Assembly (NCBI GenBank): GCA_016748015.1
Contig: JAAOMT010000657.1
Span: forward strand, 434,001-498,000
DNA from: Geosiphon pyriformis uo1
Lineage: Eukaryota; Fungi; Glomeromycota
Direction of reading: 5' to 3'
Length of the DNA: 64,000 nt
Shown: positions 61,686-64,000 of the stretch, piece after piece
Layout of the letters: each line of letters begins with the position of its first letter
Position numbering within the stretch: the first letter of the stretch is position 1
Program-made: the position numbers and the translations under genes
Notes under the pieces: generated by a model
The model's database searches: none
What the model saw: the letters and a program-made list of their open reading frames with translations, nothing else
What the model was told of the DNA's origin: nothing

Positions 61686-64000
61686 CTACTGCTCCGATTT
61701 CTGATTCGGTTGCAGCTGTTGTGTTATCAAGGAAGATTCATTCTGCTCTGCTTCTTCGACATTTTCAAGTGCGGGAAGTTTACTGGCAGCCTCATCCCAA
61801 AACTTTTTTAGCTCATTTTCATCTTCGCAGAATTTTTGAAAAGTCTTTAGCAGAATATCGGGATCACGATCATTAACTGGTTTTCCTTGGGCATTCAACG
61901 AGCTCACCGGGGAAGCTCGATCACCACCAGTTGGTTTGCCTTGTGCTCCAGCTAAAACGGTCTGTGTAGTCACTAATCGATTATTAACCCATAGATAACC
62001 TTCTCCTGGCTCGCGGATTTGAATAAAAGCAACTCCAGATCGATGAATATATTGTGAATACTTGTAAGGTGTCTTGAAATAAGAATATTCTACTTTCACA
62101 TCATCGGGAAAACGATCATCAGCCTCCACATCAAGAATGAACTTGAATCGTTTCACCAGCTGTATTTCAAAATAGAGATAAGGATTGATGGCAGGATGCA
62201 GCTTTTTTCCAATAGCATCGAGCGATGGAGGCTGAGCCGCTAATTTTACAATGGTCGGTGACTGAAAAGGATTATTATCAGTAAGGCTTATAGCTTGTTC
62301 CACCGGAGCTTCTACCAATTTCAAGCCGTATTTCGAAGCGGTCCGACTCCAACCTTGCAACATATCTTCAATCAAACGTGCAGTACAGCCAAGCCAATTT
62401 AACTGAAAGTGATAACAGTTATCAGGGTTATGAAGGACATCATAATGCAATATTGCGGTCTCTTTTCGGTCGCTTTTTTTGTTAGGATCAATGTCAATCT
62501 GGATCGCCCTACTCAGTTCGACATGAGTGCTTTTAAGTGAAGTTTGAATCGTCTCTTGTGGCTTCATCGTGGGAGACTCAATTTTTTCGGAATCTTTAGT
62601 AATCTTAGAGTTACCGAACCAACTTTTCGAGCTTTTCTGAGGTGCATATTCTTTTTTGAGCTGATAATAGTAATAGCCATCCATGAATTTATGTCTTTTT
62701 GTACAATGATCAAAAAGATCTCTTCTTTGTAATTCATTACCAAACTCAATGGCCGATTCACGTGAATCTATATCGGAAAAGTGTTTAATCAACCAATCGA
62801 CAAGTTCATTACCAACAATCGCGTTTTCATATTGTCGCAAATGCCATCGGCGTTCTCGAACTATTCCAGTTACTGGGTGTAACAAAGCTTGAGCAATTGT
62901 GCTCAATTTGCTATCTTTATTAAGACGTTCATCAGCATGATGTATTGACCCACGTCGTGAGGTAATAGCGTCTGGGGTCTTTACGTATACAGACGGGTCA
63001 AGGGTTGTGAGAATTAATTTGGGCTTTGAAAACTTTTTCTTTTGAGCTGATTCTCTCATTTCATTAGGTGAAATCCAAACTGCTTTCTGAAATATCTCGA
63101 GAAAATTGTATATTCCGTTAACACGAACTTCCTCCTCATCGAGATTCTCATTAGTTGATATTAATGTAGCATTATTGGGAAAATTCTCCATTGGAATCAA
63201 AATGAATCTAGTACGCCAGAATTTCAGTGTTTCCAGCAAAACATCTTGGTAACCAGCGACCAATTGATCAACGTAATTCCACTTATAATCAGAATGGGGA
63301 TAATTAAATAACACGTTACGTGTTTCATAATTATCTTGATATTTTGGCCAAACAACACAGCTGTAAGGAATAGGATTAGAAGAATACTGCGTCTTCCTTA
63401 AGTACCTCTTCACCTCCACATTCTGGCCTGAAGGATCAAAAGTTAAGATATGAACTTGATGTCCCATACTCAGATAACAGGGTATGGACGCTGAAAACAG
63501 ATTGGGCATAGGTTGTTGTTCTTTCCAGGTAGTGGACTTTCCAGCTTCAATAATGGACTTTGAGATATCAATGTGATTATTTTCGCTACCTTTAGAAGGT
63601 TTCGAATTCGGAATAGAGGCAGAGGAGGGTATGATTAACTGATATCCTTGAGCCAATCTCTGCGAAATCATTTCTTTCAATAACATTTCCGTTTTACGTT
63701 CTTCCGAAGTATTATCATCTTGTTGAATGGTGAATCCTTCAGGATCAACGGAAATTGTATAAGTATACTCGTGATAAGCACCTTGTTCATTGATAGGCGG
63801 GAAAAAATCTGTTGTTAAAGGAAGGCAGGCTGGTGTGCATAAAGAAGTCCATTTGATAGTATTCTTCAATAAACGCTTAGGAAATATATGTTCCCATCTT
63901 CGCAAATGGCTTGCCAATATTGGTCGATTGTAAATTCCTTTGGCTGGATTACAAGGGTTTACCAACGTCTGTTTATGTGGCTGCTTTGAGGCCAAGAGCT
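61686..64000 (-). CDS. IML1: Iml1/Sea1/DEPDC5 (GATOR1/SEACIT subunit), C-terminal part; 5' end beyond the window
   Basis: RRWEHIFP, KWTSLCTPACLPLTTDFFP, EMISQRLAQGYQLI, DEP domain (RRWHLRQYENAIVGNELVDWL) and HNPDNCYHFQLNW. Confidence 0.93.
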   Translation of the reverse strand, partial: LLASKQPHKQTLVNPCNPAKGIYNRPILASHLRRWEHIFPKRLLKNTIKWTSLCTPACLPLTTDFFPPINEQGAYHEYTYTISVDPEGFTIQQDDNTSEERKTEMLLKEMISQRLAQGYQLIIPSSASIPNSKPSKGSENNHIDISKSIIEAGKSTTWKEQQPMPNLFSASIPCYLSMGHQVHILTFDPSGQNVEVKRYLRKTQYSSNPIPYSCVVWPKYQDNYETRNVLFNYPHSDYKWNYVDQLVAGYQDVLLETLKFWRTRFILIPMENFPNNATLISTNENLDEEEVRVNGIYNFLEIFQKAVWISPNEMRESAQKKKFSKPKLILTTLDPSVYVKTPDAITSRRGSIHHADERLNKDSKLSTIAQALLHPVTGIVRERRWHLRQYENAIVGNELVDWLIKHFSDIDSRESAIEFGNELQRRDLFDHCTKRHKFMDGYYYYQLKKEYAPQKSSKSWFGNSKITKDSEKIESPTMKPQETIQTSLKSTHVELSRAIQIDIDPNKKSDRKETAILHYDVLHNPDNCYHFQLNWLGCTARLIEDMLQGWSRTASKYGLKLVEAPVEQAISLTDNNPFQSPTIVKLAAQPPSLDAIGKKLHPAINPYLYFEIQLVKRFKFILDVEADDRFPDDVKVEYSYFKTPYKYSQYIHRSGVAFIQIREPGEGYLWVNNRLVTTQTVLAGAQGKPTGGDRASPVSSLNAQGKPVNDRDPDILLKTFQKFCEDENELKKFWDEAASKLPALENVEEAEQNESSLITQQLQPNQKSEQ

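Overview
Intron-rich, AT-rich eukaryotic (fungal) DNA. Gene set, intron style and repeat families suggest Glomeromycota/Mucoromycota and resemble Geosiphon pyriformis repeats as I recall them (inference, not a database result). Two compact housekeeping blocks flank a ~41.5 kb repeat island (~7.9-49.5 kb). Left block: MON2 and a TLC-domain gene. Right block: MIX17/CHCHD2-like, NUP84, VMA5, OSH3 and IML1/DEPDC5. The island is nested. One decayed minus-strand LINE (ORF1, APE, RT, RNase H) is split by a 1.3-kb solo LTR and by a plus-strand Ty3/Gypsy element (B, 11315-38234). B is itself split by two minus-strand relatives (A1, A2) that share a central, chimeric LTR. Comparing the three copies reconstructs an unusual three-ORF Gypsy lineage. 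ORF1 carries a ~330-codon Met-less extension, Gag/CCHC, protease, a multi-CxxC domain I cannot assign, a dUTPase, a dUTPase-like repeat, RT and RNase H. ORF2 is an integrase lying in a different frame after a stop. ORF3 is a fast-evolving ~209-aa protein of unknown function in the env position, whose stop overlaps the PPT. All repeats show heavy C>T/G>A transition decay, not limited to CpG, ending in near-pure AT tracts.
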